A stretch of 64,000 nt of DNA from a virus (lineage: Duplodnaviria; Heunggongvirae; Uroviricota; Caudoviricetes), in IMG/VR virus record IMGVR_UViG_3300037384_000074, positions 20,112 through 84,111 of that record. One strand, 5' to 3'. Shown here one piece after another: positions 37,812 through 46,784 of this stretch. Made by a program: the position numbers and the translations under genes. Below the pieces are notes generated by a model. That model was not told the origin of the DNA, did no database searches, and saw only the letters and a list, made by a program, of their open reading frames with translations. Each line of letters starts with the position of its first letter. Within the stretch, counting starts at the first letter, position 1.

Positions 37812-38265
37812 AGAAGTGAAGGCAAACCGCAGGAAGTGGATCGATTTTCTTCGTGAAGATGGCCGTAAGAAAGCGGTCGATGCTCTCGATGTAGGTAATG
37901 AAGAACGTTGCTGCTTAGGTCACGCTTGTTTCGTCCTCGGCGTCGAACAGCATGTCAGTGTTAGCCAGGAAAATTCTAATGGAATCTTTTACGGAAAGGG
38001 ATGGAATTGTGGAGCAGCTCCTGCAGAGCTGATAGAGCTCGTTGGACTAAGAAGCAGTGGCGGTTCATTCGCACCATTCACATTTGCAGTAGAAATGAAC
38101 CTGCAGTCGTTGATGATAACTTCTCTCGCTGAACTCAACGACAAGACCAATTATACGCCAAAAGAAATTGGCGACTTCATTGAGAGCCACTATGACTACG
38201 TGTTCCTCAACGAGGAAGAATATATGGAAAAGTATGAGGTGGTTTCACCGTGGACCCTTCGTTAG
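37777..38265 (+). CDS. hypothetical protein
   Basis: 162-aa ORF; alternative ATGs at 37792 and 37798. Confidence 0.4.
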   Translation: MLKGIMFMLNFEEVKANRRKWIDFLREDGRKKAVDALDVGNEERCCLGHACFVLGVEQHVSVSQENSNGIFYGKGWNCGAAPAELIELVGLRSSGGSFAPFTFAVEMNLQSLMITSLAELNDKTNYTPKEIGDFIESHYDYVFLNEEEYMEKYEVVSPWTLR

Positions 38266-38306
38266 AAATAGCGGAGGGTCCTTTATCAACTGAGGGAGAT
38301 CTTGTC
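38252..38306 (+). promoter_or_regulatory. intergenic cassette copy 1: hairpin + TTTATCAACTGAGGGAGA 5' leader
   Basis: GGACCCT...AGGGTCC stem, then CTTTATCAACTGAGGGAGATCTTGTC ATG. Confidence 0.55.
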
Positions 38307-38464
38307 ATGAAAGACTTCAACGTTAAGCAGGCTCAGCGATGATGATGCGTTCGGACAAGGATTTCGAGCAGTATGTTAAGGAAAATCTACCGAATTCCTA
38401 TGCTGCGAAGAACAAGCTGATGGAAATGCTCCACGAAAAGTTCAAGATCTGAAGGGGTTACACA

Positions 38465-38719
38465 ATGATCGAAGATATCACGAAGACCAGGACTATCGAG
38501 CTGACCGAATGTGAGCTCACCCATCTGTACCACTTGATGCAGATGGTTGGCGGCCATCCTGACAATACTGGCCGGGGAGTAACTGATAGTGTTGGCCGCA
38601 AGATCCACGCTATGATCGATGAGGGTGATGAAGACGAGGGGTTTGAATGGCGCGAAGCTAATATCAGGGGATCGATATATTTCAACGACATCTCACCGAT
38701 CTTCAGGTTTAATGACTAG
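38465..38719 (+). CDS. hypothetical acidic protein
   Basis: 84-aa ORF. Confidence 0.45.
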   Translation: MIEDITKTRTIELTECELTHLYHLMQMVGGHPDNTGRGVTDSVGRKIHAMIDEGDEDEGFEWREANIRGSIYFNDISPIFRFND

Positions 38720-38720
38720 T

Positions 38721-38777
38721 TGTTGACCTTCTCGGAGAAATCTGGGAAGGTCTTTCATCAACTGAGGGAGAGCTCAA
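38721..38777 (+). promoter_or_regulatory. intergenic cassette copy 2
   Basis: TTGACCTTCtcggagaaatctggGAAGGTCTTT then CATCAACTGAGGGAGAGCTCAA ATG. Confidence 0.6.
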
Positions 38778-38951
38778 ATGGCGAAGACGCCCCGTATGTC
38801 GATCGTTTGGGAAGTGCTTGAAGGCGCGAAGGATGCTCAGGACGACGTTGTTATCGCAGCGTGCCGTCGTCTGATTTGGGCGAATACTCTCGGCTGGAAG
38901 CGGCACGCTACTGCCGAAGATAAGGCGCTCGTTTTCGCGTTTGCTAGTTGA
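38778..38951 (+). CDS. small hypothetical protein (57 aa)
   Basis: ATG immediately after the cassette. Confidence 0.35.
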   Translation: MAKTPRMSIVWEVLEGAKDAQDDVVIAACRRLIWANTLGWKRHATAEDKALVFAFAS

Positions 38952-39003
38952 CCTTTAGTCCAAGTTGGAGTAAGGTCAATCTATCAACTGAGGGAGAGAT
39001 CAA
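38950..39003 (+). promoter_or_regulatory. intergenic cassette copy 3
   Basis: GACCTT...AAGGTC hairpin + AATCTATCAACTGAGGGAGAGATCAA ATG. Confidence 0.55.
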
Positions 39004-39117
39004 ATGTATCCGGCTGGGAGTTTCTTGCATGACCCAGTGTTGCTGATCACTCAAGTCGAGGATGATCTCACGATCACTATCCTTAAGGACCGCAGCGGAA
39101 GACTGCGTGATACGTGA
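39004..39117 (+). CDS. small hypothetical protein (37 aa)
   Basis: Follows cassette 3. Confidence 0.25.
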   Translation: MYPAGSFLHDPVLLITQVEDDLTITILKDRSGRLRDT

Positions 39118-39234
39118 CGATATACGTTTATTGAGTGCTGCATAGACGCCAAAAGACCGTAAATAGCGAAATTTGCCCTTGTAAACCACTGTGTTTGCAG
39201 GGGTATTTTTGCGTTTATTCGTGTAATTGACTGT

Positions 39235-39783
39235 TCAGACGTGTTTAAATTTCGGGAATGTATACATTCCACTTGTCGCAAATGTACCTTTGAACCTTGG
39301 ATCTGCACGAAGATATCCGACATCCTTTGTATCTTTACCGCGGAATTCGCGGATCCAAATACCGGTTAGAGCTGCCCCTACGCTGATCTTCTTCGCAAAT
39401 ATCATCTCTTCAAACTCGTGGAAGTGATCTGGAAGGTCATACTTGTCGAAAACGGCACTGTTGCGGATCGGTTCAAGTTTGTATCTGTTGGCGATTCTGT
39501 CACGTGAAAATTCGAGAATCACTGGGAAGTCTGCAGCACGTTGATAGCTTCGTGTGAATGAGATTGTACGCGCTTTCCAAGCACCATCCTCATGATAAGC
39601 CACCTCGACTGCATGTGCTGGGAACTCAATTTGAGGCGGAATAACGGTCCAAGTATTTTGGTTTGAAGAGGAGTGCAGTTCACCGGATTTGATGATGCTT
39701 ACAGCAGCCTTGATATTTGTACCGTGAAAAAGCATATTACGGGCCGATGCGGCTTCGGATATGAATTGAGAGAAGGTTTTCAT
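39235..39783 (-). CDS. ADP-ribosyltransferase-fold protein (diphtheria-toxin/Tpt1-like H-Y-E class), paralogue A
   Basis: N-terminal LFHGTN (the Y/F-H-G-T NAD-binding motif of DT/KptA) with downstream Y and E-F-E-E. One of only two sizeable minus-strand genes in the window. Confidence 0.5.
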   Translation of the reverse strand: MKTFSQFISEAASARNMLFHGTNIKAAVSIIKSGELHSSSNQNTWTVIPPQIEFPAHAVEVAYHEDGAWKARTISFTRSYQRAADFPVILEFSRDRIANRYKLEPIRNSAVFDKYDLPDHFHEFEEMIFAKKISVGAALTGIWIREFRGKDTKDVGYLRADPRFKGTFATSGMYTFPKFKHV

Positions 39784-39808
39784 GACCTATTTATCAACTG
39801 ACATATCA

Positions 39809-40303
39809 TCATTTCAATAGGTCAGACTTGACCGGAAATCCGAAGTGTTCGATTCGCTCGAATGCAGTAGGCGATGCTACGTGGAAGGCTGTTATATAGC
39901 TTCGGATATTAGTCAAGTTTTTGTTAACAATCCGCTCTTCATATTCGTTCATACCGTACACAGGATCGTCCTTTAGATACCGACTCTTCGCCATATGGAA
40001 CGGTACCTGTGTATGATAGAAATTGTAAGTCTGTAACTTGTATCGCTGACGGATTTTTCTTTGGTCGAGCTCTATAACAACAGCATTGATCTTGCTGCGT
40101 GAAAGAGTAGTCGCCCAATCTAAGGCGTATTTGAGACTGCGGGTTAATGATACTACCTTCGTCTTATTGTCATCTTCACCCTCAGATATCCTACCTTCTA
40201 AGGTATTCTGATGCATTATAGACTCGAGTCTATCAACCGTAGTGCCGTGATATAGTGGTGCTGAGTGGCTTTCCGCCAGGAATTCGAGGAAGGTTTTCAT
40301 CAC
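39809..40303 (-). CDS. ADP-ribosyltransferase-fold protein (diphtheria-toxin/Tpt1-like), paralogue B
   Basis: PLYHGTTVDRLESIMHQ..LEG and KVVSLTRS resemble KptA [21 protein letters not shown]...HYVHLS; NEYEE acidic catalytic candidate; shares the MKTF.EF..E N-terminus with paralogue A. Confidence 0.5.
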   Translation of the reverse strand: MMKTFLEFLAESHSAPLYHGTTVDRLESIMHQNTLEGRISEGEDDNKTKVVSLTRSLKYALDWATTLSRSKINAVVIELDQRKIRQRYKLQTYNFYHTQVPFHMAKSRYLKDDPVYGMNEYEERIVNKNLTNIRSYITAFHVASPTAFERIEHFGFPVKSDLLK

Positions 40304-40366
40304 CTATTTATATCCGTTGCCTCAATCTCATTTAGGAGCGATATTATCTTCACGTTCAAATGAGGA

Positions 40367-40591
40367 GTGATTCAAATGACCGATATTATACACGTCGTTC
40401 ATGGTAAAAACATGAGTGCTCGAGTAGTTAATGCTCGTAGTCTCCCTGGGAAGCTCGGTCATTTCGAAGTGCAGAGTGAATACTCCCGCAAGACCAATAT
40501 GTGGAAGTATCATACTGATCGTAGCGGCCACATGAAGACGTTTACAACGAAAGCGCTTGCCGTAGCGGCGGCGAAGCGTATTGTTTGGTGA
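40367..40591 (+). CDS. hypothetical protein
   Basis: AGGAGTGATTCAA ATG leader variant. Confidence 0.4.
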   Translation: MIQMTDIIHVVHGKNMSARVVNARSLPGKLGHFEVQSEYSRKTNMWKYHTDRSGHMKTFTTKALAVAAAKRIVW

Positions 40592-40608
40592 AACGAGGAG
40601 ATACACAA

Positions 40609-40821
40609 ATGTCTGGTCATGCTGTTAACTGGCGCAAGTTCAAGGCTTACGAAAAGCTCCATATGTCTGCGGTCGAGAAGGCTTATCATGAGGGTGGGAA
40701 TGCCGTATATTCCCGCAAGCCCCGGATCAACCCGTATCCTGCCGGCCGTCGTCATGACGAGTGGAATCGAGGATACAATCTTTCGGATCCGCTCGGTGAT
40801 TACTACGGCAGAAATTACTGA
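40609..40821 (+). CDS. hypothetical protein
   Basis: GAGGAG RBS, ATG 40609. Confidence 0.4.
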   Translation: MSGHAVNWRKFKAYEKLHMSAVEKAYHEGGNAVYSRKPRINPYPAGRRHDEWNRGYNLSDPLGDYYGRNY

Positions 40822-40840
40822 TCGTCCGTCAAATAAATGT

Positions 40841-40895
40841 GGACCTTCCTATAGAAATCTGGGAAGGTCTTTTTATCAACTGAGGAGTGATTCAA
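40841..40895 (+). promoter_or_regulatory. intergenic cassette copy 4
   Basis: GGACCTTCC...GGAAGGTC hairpin + TTTTTATCAACTGAGGAGTGATTCAA ATG. Confidence 0.6.
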
Positions 40896-41078
40896 ATGCG
40901 CCCTTATGGTGGAGATCGTACTTATTACGACTGCCGGACTTCCAAGAAGGTTGGTAAGCCGATCAAGGTCGAGCAGGATCACCACGCGAAAAAGTCTCGC
41001 GCTCGTCGTGAGGGCAAGGTTGACCTTCTCGGGGAAATCAGTGAAGGTCCTTTATCAAATGAGGAGAGCACGTCATGA
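40896..41078 (+). CDS. hypothetical protein; its 3' end encodes cassette copy 5
   Basis: 60 aa; the C-terminus KVDLLGEISEGPLSNEESTS is translated from the cassette sequence. Confidence 0.35.
   Translation: MRPYGGDRTYYDCRTSKKVGKPIKVEQDHHAKKSRARREGKVDLLGEISEGPLSNEESTS
41021..41074 (+). promoter_or_regulatory. intergenic cassette copy 5 (embedded in the upstream CDS 3' end)
   Basis: TTGACCTTCtcggggaaatcagtGAAGGTCCTTTATCAAATGAGGAGAGCACGTC ATG. Confidence 0.55.
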
Positions 41079-41263
41079 AGGCCTTCAACATTGAATTCGA
41101 ATTTACTTCGTCGAAGGCCTATGGCGACAATTACAAGCTGTATGCGACTGTGGAAGCGAAGAATGCTGAGCAGGCCCTTAACATCGCGCATATAGTTGGC
41201 TTCAAACAATTCGGTGCGCGGTTTAACGACAACTGCATCGATTGGCGGATCAAGAACGATTGA
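41075..41263 (+). CDS. hypothetical protein
   Basis: 62-aa ORF. Confidence 0.4.
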   Translation: MKAFNIEFEFTSSKAYGDNYKLYATVEAKNAEQALNIAHIVGFKQFGARFNDNCIDWRIKND

Positions 41264-41290
41264 TTGGCCCTACCAAGAGGAGATCGCATC

Positions 41291-41599
41291 ATGAAAACGG
41301 TTCTGGTTCACTACCGCACGAATCCCGACTATTATGATGATGACGTCGAGCTTTACCACGCCGATTATGTTCTCGATGTCGCGAAGCTTCGCGCTGTTGT
41401 TGACACTGATGACTGCTACTATGCTCAGAATGAGATCAAGAAGATCCTGTGGCTCGTTGACAATCCCACGAAGCTCTGCGATCTCCACGAGCACGACAAA
41501 TATACGCTCTATGATACGTCGTGGGAGCTTGAGCTCGTTCTCGCTGATGATCAGGAGAGCAAGGCCGATCTCGAGATCACTGTCCTTCTCAACGCGTGA
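41291..41599 (+). CDS. hypothetical protein
   Basis: AGGAGA RBS, ATG 41291. Confidence 0.45.
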   Translation: MKTVLVHYRTNPDYYDDDVELYHADYVLDVAKLRAVVDTDDCYYAQNEIKKILWLVDNPTKLCDLHEHDKYTLYDTSWELELVLADDQESKADLEITVLLNA

Positions 41600-41617
41600 A
41601 AAGAGGAGTTTCGAATA

Positions 41618-41908
41618 ATGTTTATGGTCTGCGTTTACCATACTGAGTATGGATCTGACAGCATTCATGGTCACATCGACGAATCTACGATGAAACTCGA
41701 AGAAACTGCCGAACGATGTTTCGATCAGATCATCGAGTGGCAGATCGGTGGTGGAGGAAATTCCTTCGAAGGATATACGTTCTCTCACTACCGGATCTTC
41801 GAGATCAAACACTCCAAATTCGTTCCGTTCCGCACGTATCATGACCTCGATGATTTCCTGGCCGATATGCGGCAGCGGAAAATCAAAGTCAAATTATACA
41901 CGATTTAA
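41618..41908 (+). CDS. hypothetical protein
   Basis: 96-aa ORF. Confidence 0.45.
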   Translation: MFMVCVYHTEYGSDSIHGHIDESTMKLEETAERCFDQIIEWQIGGGGNSFEGYTFSHYRIFEIKHSKFVPFRTYHDLDDFLADMRQRKIKVKLYTI

Positions 41909-41926
41909 TGAACAGGAGTTACTACA

Positions 41927-42430
41927 ATGCGTAGTATCAAAATTTCCAATGGCATGAAGATCTGTATTGAGAACTCGATCGTTCCTCGAGGCCAGTCAAT
42001 CTTCATTGAGACTGCCGAAGGTCCAGCCTACAGGAGCTCTAGTGTCGCTGAGTTTCTTATCAGGCTCGAAGCTGGGCGATACCTCGAGCGTACCGACTAC
42101 GTTGATATCATCTCTCTCTGGTTTGGCCAGGAGAACAACACGAAGATCGATGCCTATATTCGGAACACCGTGACAGGCGGATTCTATCGTTTCAATTGCG
42201 ATTATCCGGATCAGCCCAATTGTCTCAAGCTGTTTGATGCTACTGGAGGCCGTGGAGATTACATCTTCGAGAAAGATTCGATGCCTTATGAGCGAGACAA
42301 TCTCGAGGTCACTGAATATAAGATCTACGCGTTTCCGACCGGCCGAAAAGTCTATGAAAACGGTACTCTTGTCGGTTATGACAGGCACGGCGATAAGATC
42401 AAGGAAGAAGTTGAAGAGGATTTCGACTAA
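41927..42430 (+). CDS. hypothetical protein
   Basis: 167-aa ORF. Confidence 0.5.
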   Translation: MRSIKISNGMKICIENSIVPRGQSIFIETAEGPAYRSSSVAEFLIRLEAGRYLERTDYVDIISLWFGQENNTKIDAYIRNTVTGGFYRFNCDYPDQPNCLKLFDATGGRGDYIFEKDSMPYERDNLEVTEYKIYAFPTGRKVYENGTLVGYDRHGDKIKEEVEEDFD

Positions 42431-42621
42431 TGGCACAACATTGCGCAGCGTGTGGAAGAGCACTTATTCGCGGCGATACGAGGTGGGAATCGGCTATATA
42501 CGGCTCGCATCACATCCTATGCGAACCATGTGGTCACGATGAAGAGCAGTTGATTGACAATGTCGGAACGAATGACCTTCCGAACATTCTCGAGCTCTAT
42601 GGCCCGCCAAATGATCGATAA
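42430..42621 (+). CDS. small zinc-ribbon protein
   Basis: CAACGR...CEPCGH, two Cys pairs. Confidence 0.4.
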   Translation: MAQHCAACGRALIRGDTRWESAIYGSHHILCEPCGHDEEQLIDNVGTNDLPNILELYGPPNDR

Positions 42622-42679
42622 CAGTGGACCTTCTCGGAGAAATCTGGGAAGGTCTTTTATCAACTGAGGGAGAGACCAA
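42621..42679 (+). promoter_or_regulatory. intergenic cassette copy 6
   Basis: ACAGTGGACCTTCtcggagaaatctggGAAGGTCTTTTATCAACTGAGGGAGAGACCAA ATG. Confidence 0.6.
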
Positions 42680-42886
42680 ATGTCGACCGAAACCAAGTTC
42701 GTTCTGTTCAACATGCATCGCAAGCAGTATGTCACGAAGGTTTTCACGCACTCTCATGACCTCCAAAATGCTATGCAGTGGGACAGTTTTGCTGAGGCGT
42801 GCATTGCGCTTGATATCTTCTCTGAAGCGCAGGCTGAAATGATCGAGATTCGTGAGCTTCGGATCTCGTATAGCATCGTTGGTTAA
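42680..42886 (+). CDS. hypothetical protein
   Basis: 68-aa ORF. Confidence 0.4.
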   Translation: MSTETKFVLFNMHRKQYVTKVFTHSHDLQNAMQWDSFAEACIALDIFSEAQAEMIEIRELRISYSIVG

Positions 42887-42900
42887 TCAGGAGAGATCCA

Positions 42901-43176
42901 ATGTTCGCAATTCGTCGCAAGTCTGATCGAGCGTTTGCTGGCTTCACAACTTACGCAACGCGCGATGGATATGTTGAAGTGTCAATCACTTTCGCCGACT
43001 GGAAGGAAACGATCGCTGTCTTCCGGGAGAGGGTAGAAGCGATAAGCGCAGTCGATCCTAGTATACGGTCCGGGGAATTTCTAAAGTCGTTGGAATATCC
43101 TTCTCGTGAGCGCGATTTTCGTGACGCAATCGATGCAGATGACGTCGAAATCGTTGATCTGACTCCCGCAACGTAA
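42901..43176 (+). CDS. hypothetical protein
   Basis: 91-aa ORF. Confidence 0.4.
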   Translation: MFAIRRKSDRAFAGFTTYATRDGYVEVSITFADWKETIAVFRERVEAISAVDPSIRSGEFLKSLEYPSRERDFRDAIDADDVEIVDLTPAT

Positions 43177-43213
43177 TATGCAGTAGTTAACAATAGTTTG
43201 ACAGGAGAGCAAT

Positions 43214-43564
43214 ATGCTCACTAAGCAAGAAATTTTTACCAAGGCGTATGAGGGTCTTAAGGCCCAAGGCTTTGAAAAATCTGCTGGATATGACCTCAGC
43301 GGCAATTTTACATGCATGTATCGCTTTGACAATTTGAAGTGCGCTATCGGCCATTGTATCCCTGACGAGAGGTACAATACTGACCTCGAAAATATCAGAG
43401 CACGTGATCCGATGATTCGTCGGGCTGCAGGGATCCACCCTGACGTGCCAGATGAGTGGCTGGTTGATCTTCAGCATTGCCATGACGCGTCGTTGGATCC
43501 TGAAGATATGAAGCTGCGCCTCTCCGATTTCGCCAGATTTTACGATCTCAAGATCGAGGAATGA
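43214..43564 (+). CDS. hypothetical protein, tandem paralogue 1 of 3 (MLTKQEIF family)
   Basis: MLTKQEIFTKAYEGLKAQGF...CAIGHCIPDE conserved in three consecutive genes. Confidence 0.5.
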   Translation: MLTKQEIFTKAYEGLKAQGFEKSAGYDLSGNFTCMYRFDNLKCAIGHCIPDERYNTDLENIRARDPMIRRAAGIHPDVPDEWLVDLQHCHDASLDPEDMKLRLSDFARFYDLKIEE

Positions 43565-43567
43565 CGA

Positions 43568-43918
43568 ATGCTAACTAAGCAGGAAATCTTCAATAAGGCG
43601 TATGCCGGCCTTAAGGCGCAGGGCTTTCAGCGAGCTGTTCGTGATGCTGGTCCGTTAGCAATTTGTCAGTATCGTGGAAGAAATGGTCTCAAGTGTGCTA
43701 TCGGTCACTTGATTCCTGATGAGAATTACTGCCCAACACTCGAAGGTAAAGGCGCTGAACTATTAGTTGTTCGTGAGGCTGCGAATATTCCACTTGACGT
43801 GCCAATTAGCTTCCTTGTTGATCTTCAGACGTGCCATGACGCTGGCAGTTCTCCGGAAGCGATGAAGCGGTCACTGACCGTGTTTTCTCATCAGTATAAT
43901 CTCAAGATTGAGGATTGA
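43568..43918 (+). CDS. hypothetical protein, tandem paralogue 2
   Basis: MLTKQEIFNKAYAGLKAQGF...CAIGHLIPDE. Confidence 0.5.
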   Translation: MLTKQEIFNKAYAGLKAQGFQRAVRDAGPLAICQYRGRNGLKCAIGHLIPDENYCPTLEGKGAELLVVREAANIPLDVPISFLVDLQTCHDAGSSPEAMKRSLTVFSHQYNLKIED

Positions 43919-44277
43919 AAATGCTTACCCAACAGGAAATCTTTAATAGGGTGTATACCGGTCTTAAGGCTCAAGGCTTTAAGAGGTCGCTTTCAGGGCC
44001 CGATGATGCCGTTTCACGGTGTCGATATCGTGGCGAGGATGGTCTCAAGTGTGCTATTGGGCACCTGATTCCTGATGAAAAATATGAAGAGGGTTTGGAA
44101 GGTCTATGTGCTTCTGTTGTTGAAGTTCGTAACGCTTCAGGCACTAGCGGGATCGATTGGAACTTTCTCGATGATCTCCAGGTTTGCCATGACGAGGGTA
44201 ACACTCCTGCAGATATGGAGAGACTCCTTAAGCGTTTTGCTGCAGATTACGAGCTCGTCATCGAGGAATCGATTTGA
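43915..44277 (+). CDS. hypothetical protein, tandem paralogue 3
   Basis: LTQQEIFNRVYTGLKAQGF...CAIGHLIPDE. Confidence 0.5.
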   Translation: MKMLTQQEIFNRVYTGLKAQGFKRSLSGPDDAVSRCRYRGEDGLKCAIGHLIPDEKYEEGLEGLCASVVEVRNASGTSGIDWNFLDDLQVCHDEGNTPADMERLLKRFAADYELVIEESI

Positions 44278-44531
44278 TGGAGCTGATCCTTATACTATCA
44301 TGGTGGCTTGTTGGTATCATCTCAAGCATCATCTTTTGGTGGTGCGCCGCATCTAAGGGTGAGCCATTTACTACAGCAACTTTCTGCCGCTGTTTGCTAT
44401 TTGGTCTCGCTGGTTGGATTGTAACATATGTACTTGTTACATTTTTTCTTGTATATATCTGTGTAAAGATATATGATAGATACGACAAGTTTATGAAGGA
44501 TCGTGAGTGGAATGTTTGGTTCAGGCGATGA
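44274..44531 (+). CDS. small membrane protein (family with 44912 and 49697)
   Basis: Two TM helices, W-rich (FWWCAASKGEPF). Confidence 0.45.
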   Translation: MMELILILSWWLVGIISSIIFWWCAASKGEPFTTATFCRCLLFGLAGWIVTYVLVTFFLVYICVKIYDRYDKFMKDREWNVWFRR

Positions 44532-44728
44532 GTGACGACCTTATTCGAAAGATACGAGCTACGACTCCGGATCAACTCGCGAGAGAATTACTACTTGTTC
44601 AGCCAATGCCTAACAATACGTTTGAGGTGTTGTATAACGAATCCAAGAGTCAAGCAGAATTGAAGGCGGAGGGATATAAGCCCGTATCCAGCCTTGGTCT
44701 AATGTGGATTAAAGACAATGACAGTTGA
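44507..44728 (+). CDS. hypothetical protein (paralogue of 45686)
   Basis: Shared C-terminal LGLMWIKDND / GLLWIKKEDP. Confidence 0.4.
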   Translation: MECLVQAMSDDLIRKIRATTPDQLARELLLVQPMPNNTFEVLYNESKSQAELKAEGYKPVSSLGLMWIKDNDS

Positions 44729-44915
44729 TCAAGCTCAACGCAAGATTACAGATCTTCTACTCGAACTCAAAGAAGCTAGACTGCTGACAATTGAGAAGGT
44801 AACTGATGAAGGAACTGGCCATCAACTGCTGATGTTCTCTGCAGATCTACCGGATCTTTGTCTCGTTGTGTCTGCTGATATTCAAGTGACGCCAGAAGTA
44901 TTCGAGTTGCTGTGA
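44718..44915 (+). CDS. hypothetical protein
   Basis: 65-aa ORF. Confidence 0.35.
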   Translation: MTVDQAQRKITDLLLELKEARLLTIEKVTDEGTGHQLLMFSADLPDLCLVVSADIQVTPEVFELL

Positions 44916-45178
44916 TGGAATATTTGGTCGTTCACATGATTTGGGCCGTATTTGGCGTCGCATCCGCATTCGGATTTTGGTGGATGTTCTCTCAAAAGGG
45001 TGACGAATTCCGTGGGTATCATGCCGTTACATGTGCTATTGTCGGCGGCATTGGCGGGGGACTTCTCGCCTTTGTCCTAGGGCTGTTCTTGATCTTTGTA
45101 GCGGCGATATGGGCGTATCAGAAATATGCCTCGACGCGCGTCGAGGTATTCATGAACAAAAGGATGTTCAAGAAATGA
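44912..45178 (+). CDS. small membrane protein (paralogue of 44274)
   Basis: FGFWWMFSQKGDEF, two TM helices. Confidence 0.45.
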   Translation: MMEYLVVHMIWAVFGVASAFGFWWMFSQKGDEFRGYHAVTCAIVGGIGGGLLAFVLGLFLIFVAAIWAYQKYASTRVEVFMNKRMFKK

Positions 45179-45414
45179 ATGAAAATGTCAATGTTGTTTT
45201 GGAGTCGCTAACACTGGGTGAGGTTCATTTCTCGAAGATTGTTCCGCTCCATGTTCTTTATGGTCGTCAGATCATTAGTCGGAATCACCGCTATTATGTG
45301 TTCCATCATAGTAAGTTGGAGGATGGTGTCCAACGGATTGTCTATACTGAGACGCAGCAACCACTCTTGATCGAATTCGTGGACCTAGAGGAAACTAATG
45401 TTGACTCATTTTGA
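45175..45414 (+). CDS. hypothetical protein
   Basis: ATGA overlap; 79 aa. Confidence 0.4.
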   Translation: MNENVNVVLESLTLGEVHFSKIVPLHVLYGRQIISRNHRYYVFHHSKLEDGVQRIVYTETQQPLLIEFVDLEETNVDSF

Positions 45415-45610
45415 AGCTCATCAGCAGATATGGGATCTACTTCAGTCATATAAAAATTTTCTGAAGTATGAGTCGCATTTTGAAAAGGGATCTGGCAAGA
45501 AGTTTGGGCCCGGAGAATTTGTCGAGGCGTGTGAACTAATGGGACAATACCACAAACTTCGTGATCAGATGATCTTGACTCTCTCGAGGTGCTCTGATGA
45601 ACAGACTTGA
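45398..45610 (+). CDS. hypothetical protein
   Basis: 70-aa ORF. Confidence 0.35.
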   Translation: MLTHFEAHQQIWDLLQSYKNFLKYESHFEKGSGKKFGPGEFVEACELMGQYHKLRDQMILTLSRCSDEQT

Positions 45611-45685
45611 CAGGATCCATGTGGTGAATGTCAGATCTCGGAAGGACCGCTTCTATGTGGTCCTTTCAGACTCTTCCGAAGTTCA

Positions 45686-45964
45686 GTGGGACATCTGGAT
45701 AAAGATGTCCGAGGAAGAAAGGTTCTCGCAATGAGTGAAGATCAGACCGAGAATTTTCTGAAAGACGTCAGGAAGAATACTCCTATGTGCTTGGCTGTAG
45801 ACATCTTGAGTGTACAGCCATTCAAAGGCGACGAGTTTTCGATCTTCTCAACAGGTTTGATGTCTGAGAAGGAACTGACAGAGAAGGGCTACTCTCCAGT
45901 ATCTCGGATGGGACTCCTGTGGATCAAGAAGGAGGATCCTGATGGAAACGCCACTCGAACTTGA
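45686..45964 (+). CDS. hypothetical protein (paralogue of 44507)
   Basis: 92-aa ORF. Confidence 0.4.
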   Translation: MGHLDKDVRGRKVLAMSEDQTENFLKDVRKNTPMCLAVDILSVQPFKGDEFSIFSTGLMSEKELTEKGYSPVSRMGLLWIKKEDPDGNATRT

Positions 45965-46140
45965 GAAGATCGAAGAGTTCGCGAAGGAGAAAGGTTTGGA
46001 TCCTATTCTCCTCCGGCTTTTTCTAAGAGGTCTTCGAGCGAAGGCGCCTTCGAACACTCTGGTCCAGGCTGCAAGAATGCACGGCGAAGATCAAGGATCC
46101 CAGTCCAATGTTTCTGATATACTCTGTGGAAGGAAACCAG

Positions 46141-46428
46141 ATGAGCGGTGAACTCGAACCTGATGCCTGGGATCTACTCGGAAGAGATTCTGAGAGTGAC
46201 CTGCTGGTCCTGAAGAAGAGGGAAGGAGCTTGTCTCTATAGCATCGCTCTGTCCCTGAAGCGTATCGCTGATGCTCTCACCGATGAAGAAGGCATCGGCA
46301 AGAAACTCGGGGCCGACTTCATCGAGTCGATAATCCACACTTCTGCAAACTGCTACGGCGAGAACATAGTCGAAGGAATGCAGAATAGCATCGAACGCGG
46401 CCTCCGTGGCATCAACACCAACCGATAA
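46141..46428 (+). CDS. hypothetical protein
   Basis: ORF 46108-46428 in the track; ATG 46141 avoids a long overlap. Confidence 0.35.
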   Translation: MSGELEPDAWDLLGRDSESDLLVLKKREGACLYSIALSLKRIADALTDEEGIGKKLGADFIESIIHTSANCYGENIVEGMQNSIERGLRGINTNR

Positions 46429-46522
46429 GAATGTGAACTTCGTTAGTCACATCTGACAAATATGGTTTACGAAGTTCCCAAATGTGATATGATGAAATTG
46501 TCTCAAACAGAAGGCTACTAAA

Positions 46523-46672
46523 ATGGCTAACATCGTCTACCGCGACAATGCTTTCGAACCGATCGACTGGAAGTATCTCGACATCGACACCGAGATCCAG
46601 TACAAGGAGAACGAGTTCGGCACCATCATCATGGCTTCCTCTGTCGAAGAGGCTGGTCTCGAAGATGCATGA
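46523..46672 (+). CDS. small hypothetical protein (49 aa)
   Basis: GAAGG RBS; start of a chain of three ATGA-coupled mini-ORFs. Confidence 0.3.
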   Translation: MANIVYRDNAFEPIDWKYLDIDTEIQYKENEFGTIIMASSVEEAGLEDA

Positions 46673-46784
46673 GAATTATACACTTCGAGAACGCCTGCCG
46701 CTAATTGAGTATGAGTCTGTAGAATGGATGAAGGTTCATCGTCAGCCGTTCATTGACGCGCTAATAGCGGCTAATTCGCTATGA
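46669..46784 (+). CDS. small hypothetical protein (38 aa)
   Basis: ATGCATGA overlap. Confidence 0.25.

Noticed and set aside
38721-38760. TTGACC at the start of most cassettes read as a sigma70 -35 element
   Set aside because: In most copies it is the 5' arm of the hairpin (GACCTTC..GAAGGTC), and no -10 hexamer follows at 16-18 nt. Only copy 8 (50318) has TTGACC-N17-TATGAT.
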